Source of the DNA: Octopus bimaculoides
Taxonomy: Eukaryota
Reading direction: 5' to 3'
Length of the DNA stretch: 38,874 nt
Assembly (NCBI RefSeq): GCF_001194135.2
Contig: NC_068987.1
Location: 53,648,104-53,686,977, forward strand
Shown: positions 22,536-35,621 of the stretch, in pieces
Layout of the letters: each line of letters begins with the position of its first letter
How positions within the stretch are numbered: position 1 is the first letter of the stretch
The notes under the pieces: generated by a model
Told to the model about the DNA's origin: nothing
What the model saw: only the letters and a program-made list of their open reading frames with translations
Database searches by the model: none
Program-made: the position numbers and the translations under genes

Positions 22536-22947
22536 GCATACATGTATACGTATATACTTTATTTGTGGGATAACAAGAATACCAGTGGTTTTATATAGGG
22601 AGGAATCTCTTAATAATCAAGCCTGCTGCATGGGAACGTTGGTACTCGTCTCCATTTTGGATAAGAAAAGACGAAATTACACGAGCATAAGCAGGATTTG
22701 TAAAGAAACATACATACGTATAATTTTAGGCAATTTATAAGGAAACCTTAACAGTTGTGTAGCTTGCATTGCTCCTGAGATCTTTACAAGGAACTGCTCT
22801 GAGCATGAATTGATTAATTAGTTAATCATTTCATGTGAGTACACTCATGCACGTACAAATGTATAAATGCACACGCGAGTAAATTCCACACAAACACACA
22901 CATATATATGTATATACTTATATGTATATATATATATNNNNNNNNNN

Positions 22948-22981
<34 letters not shown>

Positions 22982-23274
22982 ATACACACATACACACGTG
23001 CATCATGTATCTTATTTGTGTTTGAGTAAGTGGATACAATTATGGAATTTCACTGATTTTGACGCCTAGATTGGTCCATCGTAAATCCGTGCTGATGTGA
23101 CTGTGAATTGATACGCTTTTGTATATATGTGATTTTTCTATGAAACATGTAATGTCATGAATATGTGTCATGCATAGATATGTAGATATAAAGCATATAT
23201 TCGATATCCAGTGTAGAACTTATCAAAGTTGGAGGGGTGGCATAGTGGGTGGTGGAGGTCATGCTTGGAATTTC

Positions 23275-23449
23275 GAAATATGAATTGTCGCTTGTGCATA
23301 CAGAGGATTAATGTGTCTTCCCTAATATTTAAAGCGCTTACTCTTGATGCTATGATATTTAGTTTTTCAGTTATGCAGGTGTAACATTTGCCGCCTCGTC
23401 CCCTGTATTTCTTGACCTTAGTTACAATTTGACCATAGTTCAGTTTATC
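23275..23449 (-). pseudogene. Remnant of a second PLE-type endonuclease C-terminus
   Basis: (WS)IVTKVKKYRGRGGKCYTCITEKLNIIASRVSALNIREDTLILCMHKRQFIFRN fits W.I....Y.....C..C..EK..I......LN.R.E....C.H, recalled from C-termini of aquatic-invertebrate PLE ORFs; WS needs a 1-nt frameshift; 5' side ends in a G12-13 run. Confidence 0.55.
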
Positions 23450-23562
23450 GGGGGGGGGGGGGTTCAATTCTCTTTCTTTAATTATTCATACTATATTGGA
23501 TAAAGATTTCGTGTGTCTGTGTATGTGTCTGTGTGTGTCTGTGTATGTATGTATGCATGTAG

Positions 23563-23563
<1 letters not shown>

Positions 23564-23627
<64 letters not shown>
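23564..23627. repeat. (GATA)n microsatellite
   Basis: Directly visible, about 16 units. Confidence 0.97.
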
Positions 23628-25497
23628 TGAAGTAACGACCACATGAATAAGAATCGAACTTCTTAATCACTAGCCTTACTGTGACGCCTTCTAATGTGCG
23701 TGTTGTATTCGCAAGAGTGTTGGACTTATATTCGTGTGGTCATGCATTCGATTTGTGAATCAGGCAATGCATTCTATCTTTGAGCTCGTTGCTGCAATCT
23801 ATTCAACTCAAAACGTGTACCAGCCAACTTTATCTACCTCAGGCCGTCACATACTCAATGTATTGTTGGTACAATGGTCTAGAATGTCGAGAGCGTGCCT
23901 GTGTTTACTTGTGAACAGATAGACTCTTAAAATAACTGAGGAAATCGTGGTAAGAGCTAGTAGATTTTAATCGCTAGCCATTTGATATATACGAACGTGT
24001 ATTCATGTTTAAAGATATCTCTGCGGGTTTCTGTCTATTGTGTGTTGATGAGTATATGTTTGTTTTTTATGTACTAGTAGCTCTGCAAATATCACGTAGT
24101 AGTTGGTAGATAAATAATAAAATGGAGAATTGTATACAAAATAATCACCAGCCAGATATTTCATAGACGAAGAACAGATAAGGAACCTTGAGACTGCCAC
24201 TAATACAATGTTCCTATGACATAACAAAGATAGCATAAAATGTTTCGAGAAAACTGCGACGTTTTCCAAGATAAAGTATTTTTGATGATTAGAATAAAAA
24301 GAATATAGGAATTCGCTTTATGGTCAATATTTATCTAGAGAGATTTCCAAGGAAAATCAAAATGTATTTATGCTATGTTAAAAGCAATTTGCTGCATAAC
24401 AGCCATAACAGTTGGATGCTTTATGTAGTGTATTAAAACCAGTATATATATTTCAACAATATAGTTTGCTGATAAGAAATACATATATCCCATTGATGAA
24501 ATAATATTTTCTGTTTAACGATATTACCTACACTTAAGAGATTAGACACATGCGTTTACTATGCTGAAGTTTATGTATATATATATGCACATACAAACAT
24601 ACATATATTTACATCTACAAATACGCATATATTCGTATACATATAAATATGCGTTTATGTGTATATGATGATGGAATCTCTAGTCATGTCAAAAAGTGTG
24701 TGTATGGGTGTGTGTATGTACGTATATATATGTACATATATAAATGTATACACGCATACACACACATATATATATGTATATATACAAACATATATATGTA
24801 TATGTTAATATATACATATATGCATGTATGTTCGTCTTATATAGAGAGAGTGATCTACATACACACACATATATATATAATATATACACATATAAATGTA
24901 CATACAAATATAAATGCATTATATACATATTCATAAGTATATGTATGTATGTACGCACATATATATACATACATAGAATTGCAACGTGGAAGGTGTTTAT
25001 AAGCCATTTAAAAACACACAAAAACCGTTAGATTCACTTCAACATTTAAATTTAATTTGCCAAAGTATTTTCTTCGCTTTGAGACTGCGACCTGTTCACT
25101 GACAAAATTCCGTGTATATTTGTGCGTGTGTACGAATTGGGTACATATATAATGTAAGAGAGAGAGAGGGAAAATAAATTCATGAGTGTGTGCGTGTGTG
25201 TCACTAAAAATGTGAATTTCTGAATTAATGAGTAGCTTTCCTTCGAACTGAATAAATACCGAGTATGTATGTAGGTTTGCGTTTATGGATATTTGTCTGC
25301 GTGTGTGCGTGCTTAACTGCTCCGTTTTTATTTTTTTTTTAGTATATTATGAATATTTGTGAATGTGCGCTTCCCTTGAGGGCGTATCTACTGCAGTATT
25401 TTATTCTCTCTCTCTCTCTTTCCCGCAGTTTGTCAATCTCTCTCCCTCTTTCCTTCTTCCTTTCTCTATCTCTCTCTCTCTCTCTCTNNNNNNNNNN

Positions 25498-25540
<43 letters not shown>

Positions 25541-25594
25541 CTACTTGGTTCTAAATCTCTATCGATCAATCTATCTATAAACTCACACACACAC

Positions 25595-25625
<31 letters not shown>

Positions 25626-27289
25626 TATANNNNNNNNNNAGATAGATAGATAGATATAGATATAGATATATGAAAACTTTTGCAATGTATATATATGCAT
25701 ATATATATATATTCCAAAGTTTTCATCTTATTCATATATATTTGTTTTCGCCTACTGTAGCAGTCTCGCTCCTTTTGCTACGAATTGAGCGAGATAACAA
25801 TTTCCTTCTGTAAAGCATTATTGAGAAAAGAAACTGAGAGCATGTATATACAACAAATATTATAACAACATTAATATCATGGCTTTTGTGTTTTTTTCTT
25901 AAATATGAAATAGTAAAATAAGAGTATTGACATAACTTACACAAAACATATTCTTGCTCTCATGTCAGTAAAATCGTCATAGAAAATTTTTTTCAGCTGC
26001 CTCTGAGTGAATTCATGATGGTTATCGTTAAAATTGCTATTCTATGTACTTCTTTTGATTTCTTCTCGTATGGAATAAAGGTTTTATTTGTTTGACCAAA
26101 GTATACATTTAAATGTATGAGTTTTTAATTGACTCAAAATATAAAGCGCTAGACAAAGTGACATATTTCTTTTCCGTTTTAGATTCGTCACATTCTTCAC
26201 TGAATTGAAATCCTACGCTATAAATGCAATCATGCCCATCTTTTAAATATGCTTCGTATTTTGTCCACAGAATCGATATTTAACCGAACGTGAAAGTCTG
26301 AGTTCTTACGAAACTTGATATTAATATCATTTTAAAATTTTGTGGAATCTTCCTTCCCCAAAGGACTAAACATTATAATATATTGAAAAGATTATCCACT
26401 ATTCTGAAAATATACCTTAAATCTCAGTGAAATATAATTAATAAACAAAACTAGGTTATTATATTTTCACTGCTAATATATTTTAAAAGGTGTGAACTTC
26501 ACAAACACCTATCTTTCTTCCGTCTAAAATATTAACAAATGTTGCTTAGGGAAAATCGATTTAGCTGAAGACTTTCAATAAATTGTTTTCATGAAAACTT
26601 TTAGAGACTTGTATTGCATCCAACCCCTATAAACTTGTCTTTTACCTTCAGAAAAATTAGCAATGATAGAAAGGGTAGTTTTGAAGCCCATAACTTATTG
26701 AAAGTTATTTGAGAAGGTGGTATGCATTAATTTAAATGAAAATTTAAAATCGCATTGATCTGGCTTATTCCCATATTTTTAATGCAGAATTTTAGAATGG
26801 CAACTCATCATTTGTATCTATTCCAATACAATACCTATGCCAATTTTACTTTAAATTTTTTTTAAATATTTTAATATGAATTTCCACAGGAATTGAAAGT
26901 ACATAATTCAGCTTGTACCCATCGTATCATAGGCTTGTATTATAGTATTTCAATGGCTTAGTCAAGCATTTCAAACTTTTCTACTTTCCAATAATACTGG
27001 TATCTATTTTGATTAAGCGCCAAACGATTTACATCATAAGCTAACTCACTAACTAAAAAGCAGCCATTATTATATTTTAAAGGTTCAACATTTTAAGCAG
27101 CAGTGATGGCTTTGTATAAATATATGTATTTCATAAACTAGCACTAATGACATCCGACCCACCTGTGATTGTGGGACATGGTTGATCTACTGGCAATATT
27201 GACTTCCATTCCTACCAACTAGAGTGAAGACTCACTGGTGTAGATATTACAACGCAGCACGAAATTGAAAATCTGTGCCAAGATACACT

Positions 27290-27365
27290 GTCAGAAACTC
27301 TGCGTGATCACTAGGTCTGCTAGAAATTGCTGCCAAATTGCCCTCAAGTTACACCCAACAATGTT
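27290..27365 (+). mobile_element. Diverged SINE-like fragment; related fragment at ~33665-33720
   Basis: GGTCTGCTAGAAATTGCTGCCAAATTGCCCTCAAGTTACACC vs GCCTGCTAGTAATAGCATTTTAATACACCCCAAATCATACC. Confidence 0.35.
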
Positions 27366-27894
27366 TCATGACGACACGGTCTGATTAGACACGTTAGGTT
27401 ATGATTTAAGACGCTAGGTTCTGATTTAGATAATGTAGTCGTAGATATAGTATATCCAGCTAAAAACAGGTACGGATTACATTTTGTAAACATCAATTAA
27501 ACAAACAGGATAATAATATTCATCCCAGTAGTAGGAATCGAGCCATATTTGTTTAGAATAGTGAAGAAGCATTTATTAAGATATCGGTGAGGATATCAAA
27601 ATCGAAATCCAGTGCTGCCTATCAAGCACATTGTTAAATTGTCACTATTTTTAATCTCATGCATCACTCATCAAGCAACAGAATTTCTAAGAAAGGTACA
27701 GTTTGTTGCAGTGTTAATACTCTTGTTCACTGAAGTAAAACAATATAATTAAAATAGTTTTTAGTGGTATGAGGTTCCTGGTACACAGATCCCATTGTAA
27801 TTATAGGAAAATATATGTTAGAAAAAGAGGATAGACTTTATGATGAAACTATTTCGTAAATTTTCTTCATGTGTGTACAAAATATATTTCTCAG

Positions 27895-27950
27895 TTACGA
27901 AAGTAGCATAAAGTATCAAGCCTTACGAAAGTAGCATAAAGTATCAAGCC
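27895..27950. repeat. Perfect 28-bp tandem duplication
   Basis: TTACGAAAGTAGCATAAAGTATCAAGCC x2. Confidence 0.97.
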
Positions 27951-28984
27951 TATCTATTTAACCTCATTTCAATTACACTGATATTAATAGATGAAATTAA
28001 TATTTGCTCACACGTCAGTAAGTATAAGTTTTGTGTACAACAGAGGGTATTTGGAACTTTCTGGGCCATGAGATCCAGCACTTCAAACTCTTTGCTGCAA
28101 TATAGGATTCTATCCAAGAATTACTGGGTTTCTTTTCATGAATCTCGCACTTATATATTTGAATGACAATAGGAAAACATGAGAGGTGCTCTTTCACTTT
28201 GAAGTTGAGTTTGGTAAGGAATATCTATCATTCGTCAATTTTTTTTGAAATAGTTTTTGTACAAGTAAACTAAAATAATGACTATGGCTAAGTAGACTTC
28301 AGTAACCTTTGACGACTTGTACTATTTCGTGTCAAAGTTTAACTATTTGATTGAATATTAATCTTTTCAAAAATTTATATAAGAAATATTGCAAGAAAAT
28401 ATATATACCGTTGCACGTTGCGAAGAAGCCTTTGTAAATTAATTTTGTACTAACTTTAACCATAAAGAAACTAACAATAAAGTATAATAGATTTCTAATG
28501 CGTGTTAAAAGTGGTAGGCACTTTGAGTGCTTAGCTACTTCAGAGAAAAATGCTCTTCCTCATAGATGAAAAATATCATTTAAATAAATAAGTCGGATGC
28601 AAAAATAAAACGAACTTATATAACATAATGTATTTGTATAGAATTTGTATAGAATTCATATAGAATATATAAAGCATATATAAAGAATAAATAATTGCAT
28701 TCCAGCTGTAAGATATAGAATAGTTACCTGATTTAACATAGCTGGAGAAATTGCTCTTAAAATTTTCCTTTCAACCCTTTCAAATGCTTTTACATCTCAG
28801 TAATACTTAAATCATAAAGGAGAAAAATATATAAATACATTCTTCTTTAAATTATATTTCAAAACGTATATTGAATCAGACTGAAGCTTCACTTCAGCAT
28901 ATTATTACTGAATAATTATAGTATTTATAAGACAGTTAAGTTTATTCCTTATACATCCTACATATACATACATACACACATATA

Positions 28985-29056
<72 letters not shown>

Positions 29057-29191
29057 TATATACATATGAACATACATTCATATATGTATATTTATAAACA
29101 TATACGCATGTATGTGTGTATATATATATGTATATATGTGTGTGTACATTTATATATGTATATGTTATATATATGAGCGCGTATGTATGTA

Positions 29192-29223
<32 letters not shown>

Positions 29224-29732
29224 CATATACACATACTTTTCGATATGACGTTTAATCATCATCAGCATCTTCACCACCATCATCATCATCGTCATCACAT
29301 CAGCTGCAGCACCATTATAATCATCATTGCCGTCGTTGATTTTTATGTACGTTAGTTGATTGAAAGCAAGTTTGTCACGTTGACAGGAAGGTGACTGAGA
29401 TTATTATTCTATAGTTAAAATGACGTTAAAGAAGTCTTCATCTCTTCTCCCTCTCTCTCTTTCTTTCTTTCTCTCACTCTCTCTCCCTCGTTTCTACTAC
29501 TTTTTCCTAAGGTATTTTGTCATATCTCACATCCTAGTTTATATTTTCCTCCCACCTCTCTTTCCTTATATTTGGACCTTTCTATTTCATTATCATTTTC
29601 TGTGCGTTTATTTCTTCAATTTAGTTTTTTATTATTTTTTCCTTGCCGTATCATATAAGTATATAAGTACATGAACATATAGTGCTAATGTGCATAAACA
29701 CACACACAGACATATCAAGATATGTGTGTGTG

Positions 29733-29832
<100 letters not shown>

Positions 29833-31089
29833 GATGTAGCTATAGTGATAGCTGGTTGGCTGTAAATTTGGTTTCTCAAAGCGATTTCAGGTTCAGGAAA
29901 CACTGGTTTCGCTCTAGGTGTAGTTCAGAAGGAGACTGTGCGAAAGCCCTTCATATATACCGGCATTATGTGTTAGTATATATAACTATAACAATCATTG
30001 TTGGCTCTCACAATTTCTGGGTTAATATGATTGGTGCTGTTTGGTTCCAATATAGCACACATATTTATCTGATGTCCTTTCTTTCTAAGCCGGCTTTTTA
30101 TACTTGTATTTGCTTTTGTCCTAGAGTTGAAGCAAAATATATCCTATCTTATACCTCTGTTGGTCTTAAGCAAGAAAATGATTACTGCTTTACTTTATTG
30201 AACTCTCATTCGACGTTCATGACGACAAACTCCTTCATCATCACCATGATCATCTTCATATATATATACTGGGTTGTACAATACCTTAGATCTATGTATG
30301 AGCAAGTAGTAAACCACTTGGAGGAGTCCAGCGTATATAAGCTTGTGAATAGAGATTGATTGTAAAAATGTCTATGAATCGATCCACTAACACAAAACCT
30401 ATGGTTGAAACATAGCGTTATGTCACAGCTTGCTTTCGTTTATCACTGGATATTTAATTATAACTCTTCAGAGAGTAGCGTTCTTGTCGCACAAGAATAT
30501 GTTCCTGCATTAATGTCGCATAAAAGGCGGCCATATATGAAAAGATGAGTCGAATTTGTATGTGTGTATGTGTGTATGTGTGTGTGCGCGCGCGCATGTG
30601 TGCGTATGTATGTGTGCATGTGTGAATGTAATTGAATGTGTCTGCGTGTGTATACATGTGTATAATGTTTAAAATTGTGGTGCTGTACATTAACATTGAG
30701 GAAGGATACATGCAAATCGATAACAATAAGCGTTAAATTGAATTTCCACCGATGAAATCTATTCAGATCGCATTCCATCATGGCCACATTCCATTGACTA
30801 AAACCAATGAAATAAGTAAATAGTTATAATGAAACAGTAAAAAAAATATATATATATATATAAATGATAAAACACAGTCATTTGCAAGCGAGTTCGACCC
30901 GATAGCGTGAATCCACGTTTTTCAGTAATTTCTGTAGGTGTTGACGTAATTGTAAGCCGGCATTTACATCCTCTCCTCCTTCATTCTGTTTGTGACTCAG
31001 CAGAACATCGAGGGTTGTGACAGGTGGAGGTCATAGACTGCTCAGCAGCATTTGGCTGTTACTCATTTAAAGGTGAAATATTTTGCTGA

Positions 31090-31176
31090 ATGATGGAACG
31101 CGCCGCTAACCAAGGAATTGAGACCATGACCTTATGTCGTGAGCCCAATAGCCCTATCCATTCGGCCACGTACTTG
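31090..31176 (-). mobile_element. Decayed tRNA-derived SINE head
   Basis: Minus strand GTGGCCGAATGGATAGG (A box) ... GGTCTCAATTCC (diverged B box); no intact cloverleaf. Confidence 0.5.
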
Positions 31177-31631
31177 AATATACTTATATGTAACTAATAT
31201 TGCAGATAAATAAATGAGTACATAGAGAGATTGACAGATTGCTAGACATATGAATTTGTGCACGCTTATATGCGCATGAAGTCAAGTTAAATTTATGCGA
31301 TAAAAGAGAATTTACGTTTGTAATGCTAATGAGATTTGACAGGCATTCTTCAAAACACATTTCTTTTTTCTATACTAAAATAATCTTCATGTTCTTTGTT
31401 TTTCTTTTGCCTACATTTCTTCATTCGCATTTAATCGCCTTCGTAATGTTATCTAAAAATGCAAAGTCAAATCCTGTTTCTTCTCCTCAATTCATTTGTT
31501 AGTTTTTGCTCTAACTTAAACACTATTTCTGTTCTCGTTCACTTTCGCAACTTCATGTTCTTCTCGAGTGGAGAATTGAACATTTGTTTTAATTCCTTGA
31601 TTTTCATCAGCACCCTCAGTACACGATCTGT

Positions 31632-31699
31632 AATCACGCACAGAAATAAATCACACACAGAAATAAATCACACACAGAAATAAATCACACACAGAAAGA
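31632..31699. repeat. 17-bp minisatellite x4 (AATCACACACAGAAATA)
   Basis: Directly visible; first and last units each carry one substitution. Confidence 0.95.
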
Positions 31700-32239
31700 A
31701 TATAGTAGTTATAACACATATAACAACTGGACACGTTTTTCACAAATTATTTCTAATGTGAGATAGCCTAGTGAAGCATTCGTCTTTTTCAACAATGCGT
31801 ACAACAGCTCCTGTGTTCAGTGCTATAAAGTCTAGAATAAAAGAAGCCAATATATAATTATTTTGCGGATTTTTTTTTTTCTTCTGACATATTTAAAGAC
31901 ATATCACATTCATTTAACACAGTACAGCAATAAAAATCAGAGTTAAGATTAAAGAAAAGGTACGTTAAAATGGGCAGAAATTTTAATGATCATATTGGAA
32001 GTGATGGAATGTCGTCATAATAATATCGACTTTGAGCCTAGACCGGAGAAAAAATAACAGGAACAACTTCTTACAAGTAAAGTCATGCATTTTAAGATAC
32101 AGATTCAATACGCGTCTGAATAACATTGTATAACACGATTTTTGTCCTTGGGTAGCAACTGTTATTTCCTCGTTGCTTACCCCTAGAAAGTATGAGAAAT
32201 GGCTACTATTTCTTTCAAAGTTTGGTTTTACTTCATTTA

Positions 32240-32402
32240 TTCAAACCCCAAATAATCCTTGTGAACACATAGCTATGATGCTCCCCTACTATTCCTGGTC
32301 ATCATAAGATATGCACATATTGTTAGTCATTAAAGGACATGCTTAAGTGCTCAGGGTCAACCAACTGATAAGTAAATCTGTGGTATTAAGCAGAATAGTT
32401 TC
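32240..32402 (+). mobile_element. Diverged partial copy of the ~550-bp repeat at 34806-35358
   Basis: TCAAACCCCAAA..GCTATGATGCTCCCC..CAACTGATAAGTAAATCTGTGGTATTAAGCAGAATA aligns to ~35090-35246. Confidence 0.8.
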
Positions 32403-32629
32403 TATAACGATATTTCTGATTCAGCAACTCAGCGCTGAAACTGTCAGAAATGTAATGGAAAATAGGTCAATTTGAAAATATTGATGTCTAGGTCACAAGA
32501 CCTAAGTTTGACGAGAGTAGTAGGCGTATTCTTCGATTTCTTAATAGAATCAAATAGAAAATAACACTTACTGAGCAAAAATAAACAGATTTAAATTTTG
32601 TTACACAGAGTAATGTATTTGAATTTAGG

Positions 32630-32712
32630 GTATTCATTCAAAACTGGTGCACCAGCATGACCGCAGCCACTTGGCTGAAACACATAAATAAATAAATAAA
32701 TAAAAAAAATAA
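32630..32712 (+). mobile_element. SINE 3' end with (TAAA)n tail
   Basis: GGTGCACCAGCATGACCGCAGCCACTTGGCTGAAACA followed by (TAAA)n; resembles a recalled octopus SINE terminus. Confidence 0.45.
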
Positions 32713-34290
32713 ATATTACAGAGACAGTATTAGAAAGGTCGTCATTGAAGCATACTAATGGCAACTTGAGAATCAGAATACTGAACTGTTGAAAATCGCT
32801 TCATACATGAAAAAGCGAAAAAAATGAAGCATTCATTTTCTAGGGGAATGTGTTTCTGACAGAAAGGCAATATTTGAACAGAAGCTTTAAGAAAATTACT
32901 TGAGAGCTTGTTACAGTTATTGTAACCAGCGAATAGGTGATGAGATAATATCTAGAGGAATGTAATAGGTTTGAGACAAATTCGATAACATATTGAATCG
33001 TTGGAATATAACTGAAAATGTCATAATAAACTAGTTTTGGAGGGCGACGAACTTGCTCAAAGTCCTCTTTTCTGACCTACATCATTATATTATGAATCAA
33101 ACCCTAATACAACGTACAGCGATAGTGAAATGGCTTACCATAAAAAGGAACCTAGATCACAGGCCGGGTATCCGAGAAGTGAGTGATAAAACCCGCCAGA
33201 GTTACAAAGATACCCAATTTTACAAAGATACAAAACTTATAGAATCCGGGACTCGTCCTATAGAATAGCAATAAGCAACATTATGACTTGATAATTTAGA
33301 GATTGCTAAAAATATCATTTGGTTTCAAAATCATGACAGATGATCTATTTTGCATAACGTTGTGTGGAATTATAAACAGAACTATTAATATGCTCAATAA
33401 AGTATTAAAATAAAGAAATGTTCAAAATATTCGTCTGATTAAAATTTGAGTTTTTTAATTTTATTTTTGACAGTTACAGCATATTTCATAAGTTGCAAAG
33501 AATGATGCAGTCTCTATACTGTCAATAGCAGAGAAAGTTCTGCAAGGTACGTTGGAAAATGTAGTCCCAGGGTTTTATTACAATCTACTCGATTGTCTAT
33601 GTCCTGGTGCTTAACAACAAAAGTAACATTCCTAATTGTTAAGAGCCAACGAATCTCAGTATTGTTGCTCAGCCTGCTAGTAATAGCATTTTAATACACC
33701 CCAAATCATACCATCTAATCGTAAAATGAAACCAAATTGCATAAATACGAGTTACACTATGCTTATTTAAGTATAGATTAACTATGGTTGAATCACATTT
33801 GATCTCAGAAATTTTTGTCAGGTATAACTTGGAGCTAAAAATAAAAAAAAAACTTACGATAGTGTCTCCCACTTCTACATTGTTTTCCTTTATCTGTTTC
33901 GTTTTTTTTTTTATATAATGAAAAACTGCAAACCATTTCTTTATTGGCATTGATCTGCAAAATAAACAGCTTTCTATTTAATCTAGCACTTCTAACTAAC
34001 AAGCTGTAATGGCATCTAATTTACATTTGACATCGCTTCCTCGGCAATCATCCTTAACTAGAGAATAAAAAAGCAGAAGCGATGTTGAAAAAATGTAAAT
34101 GATCTGTTGATAAAACATCTCTTCATTTAAATAATTTTGTTTGAAAAGCAAATGAAAAATAAGGTGAGAATTGTAATTTAGTTGACCTCATATTTTTGTT
34201 GATGTAGTTCTTGCTGCCATTTTCTATATTTCATGTTAGCCTTGTAATAGAGATACAATACTTCTCTTTTCTTCCCCTTCTTACTCCTCT

Positions 34291-34430
34291 TCTTCGTCGT
34301 CTTCTTCTTCTTCTTCTTCTTCTTCTTCTTCTTCTTCTTCTTCTTCTTCTTCTTCTTCTTCTCCCTTCCTCCTCCTTCTCACCCTCCTCCTCCTTCTCAC
34401 CCTCCTCTTCCTTCTTTCTTTTTCTTCTTC

Positions 34431-34464
<34 letters not shown>

Positions 34465-34501
34465 TATCATCATCATCATTATCATTCTTCTTCTTCTTCT
34501 T

Positions 34502-34573
<72 letters not shown>
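34291..34573. repeat. Compound trinucleotide array (CTT)n-(18-bp CTC-rich unit)-(ATC)n-(CTT)n-(ATT)n
   Basis: Directly visible. Confidence 0.95.
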
Positions 34574-34575
<2 letters not shown>

Positions 34576-34787
34576 GGTGGTGAGCTGTCAGAATCGTTAG
34601 CACACCGTGCGAGATGCTTGGTATTTCGTCTGTCGCTATGTTCTGAGTTCAAATTCCACCATGATTGAATTTACCTTTCATCCTTTCGGGGTCGATAAAT
34701 CAAGTACCAGTTGAGTATTGGGGTCGATGTGATCGACTGTCCTCCTTCCCACAAAATTCAGGCCTTGTGCCTACAATAGAAAGGAGT
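34574..34787 (+). mobile_element. Apparently full-length tRNA-derived SINE flanked by ATT repeats
   Basis: A-box-like TGTCAGAATCGTTAGC, B box GAGTTCAAATTCC at 34645-34657, ~215 bp, followed by (ATT)n. Confidence 0.8.
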
Positions 34788-34805
34788 ATTATTATTAGTA
34801 GTATT

Positions 34806-35356
34806 GAGAGAGCAGTGCATGCCATCAAAGTGACACTGGGGTAAAATATACAAAGACCATTATACCCATCATGACTACCCGTCTGATAAGGGTACACCAG
34901 GCGCATGTACCACAACCATATGTGCGCGACATGGTGATCTCATATCAAAATAAACAGCGCATTACCTCGCAGGTGGGGCCCAGTTAGACTTTTCTTCAGG
35001 TCGAGTAGCCCATCCCGCTCAAAAGATCCCTGAATGAGGTTTGTTTAAGGATGTTGAGTAAAACACCTGTGTTTCCAAAGGTGAATTAGTCAAACCCCAA
35101 AGAATTCCTCTCAACACATGGCTATGATGCTCCCCCACTACTTCTGCTCATGATCAGAGAAGCACATATCGTCAGCCACCATGGGACATGCTCAACTGGT
35201 TGAGGTCAAACAACTGACAAACAAATCTGTGGTATTAAGCAGAATATTTGCTGTAGCCCATCTTTTTTTACCAAGACAAAACAATGCACATGATAACACT
35301 TTTAATCAATTAAGATCAGAAGCCATGAAAGCCACTGCCTGGTACTGCATCTGGGC

Positions 35357-35358
<2 letters not shown>
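34806..35358. mobile_element. Unclassified ~550-bp non-coding interspersed repeat bounded by ATT repeats
   Basis: Two further partial copies in the window (7945-8232, 32240-32402); no ORF with recognisable motifs and no Pol III boxes seen. Confidence 0.7.
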
Positions 35359-35401
<43 letters not shown>

Positions 35402-35404
35402 CAT

Positions 35405-35457
<53 letters not shown>

Positions 35458-35534
35458 TCGTCGCTATCGTCACCGTCACCGCCGCCACCGTCGTCGTCGT
35501 CATCGTCGTCGTCGTCGTCGTCATCATCATGATT

Positions 35535-35618
<84 letters not shown>
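35359..35618. repeat. Compound trinucleotide array (ATT)n(AGT)n(GTC/ACC/GCC)n(ATC)n(ATT)n
   Basis: Directly visible. Confidence 0.95.

Positions 35619-35621
<3 letters not shown>

Noticed and set aside
30290-30359. YEQVVNHLEESSVYKLVNRD resembling a PLE RT N-terminal motif
   Set aside because: Too short, with no continuation into RT motifs.
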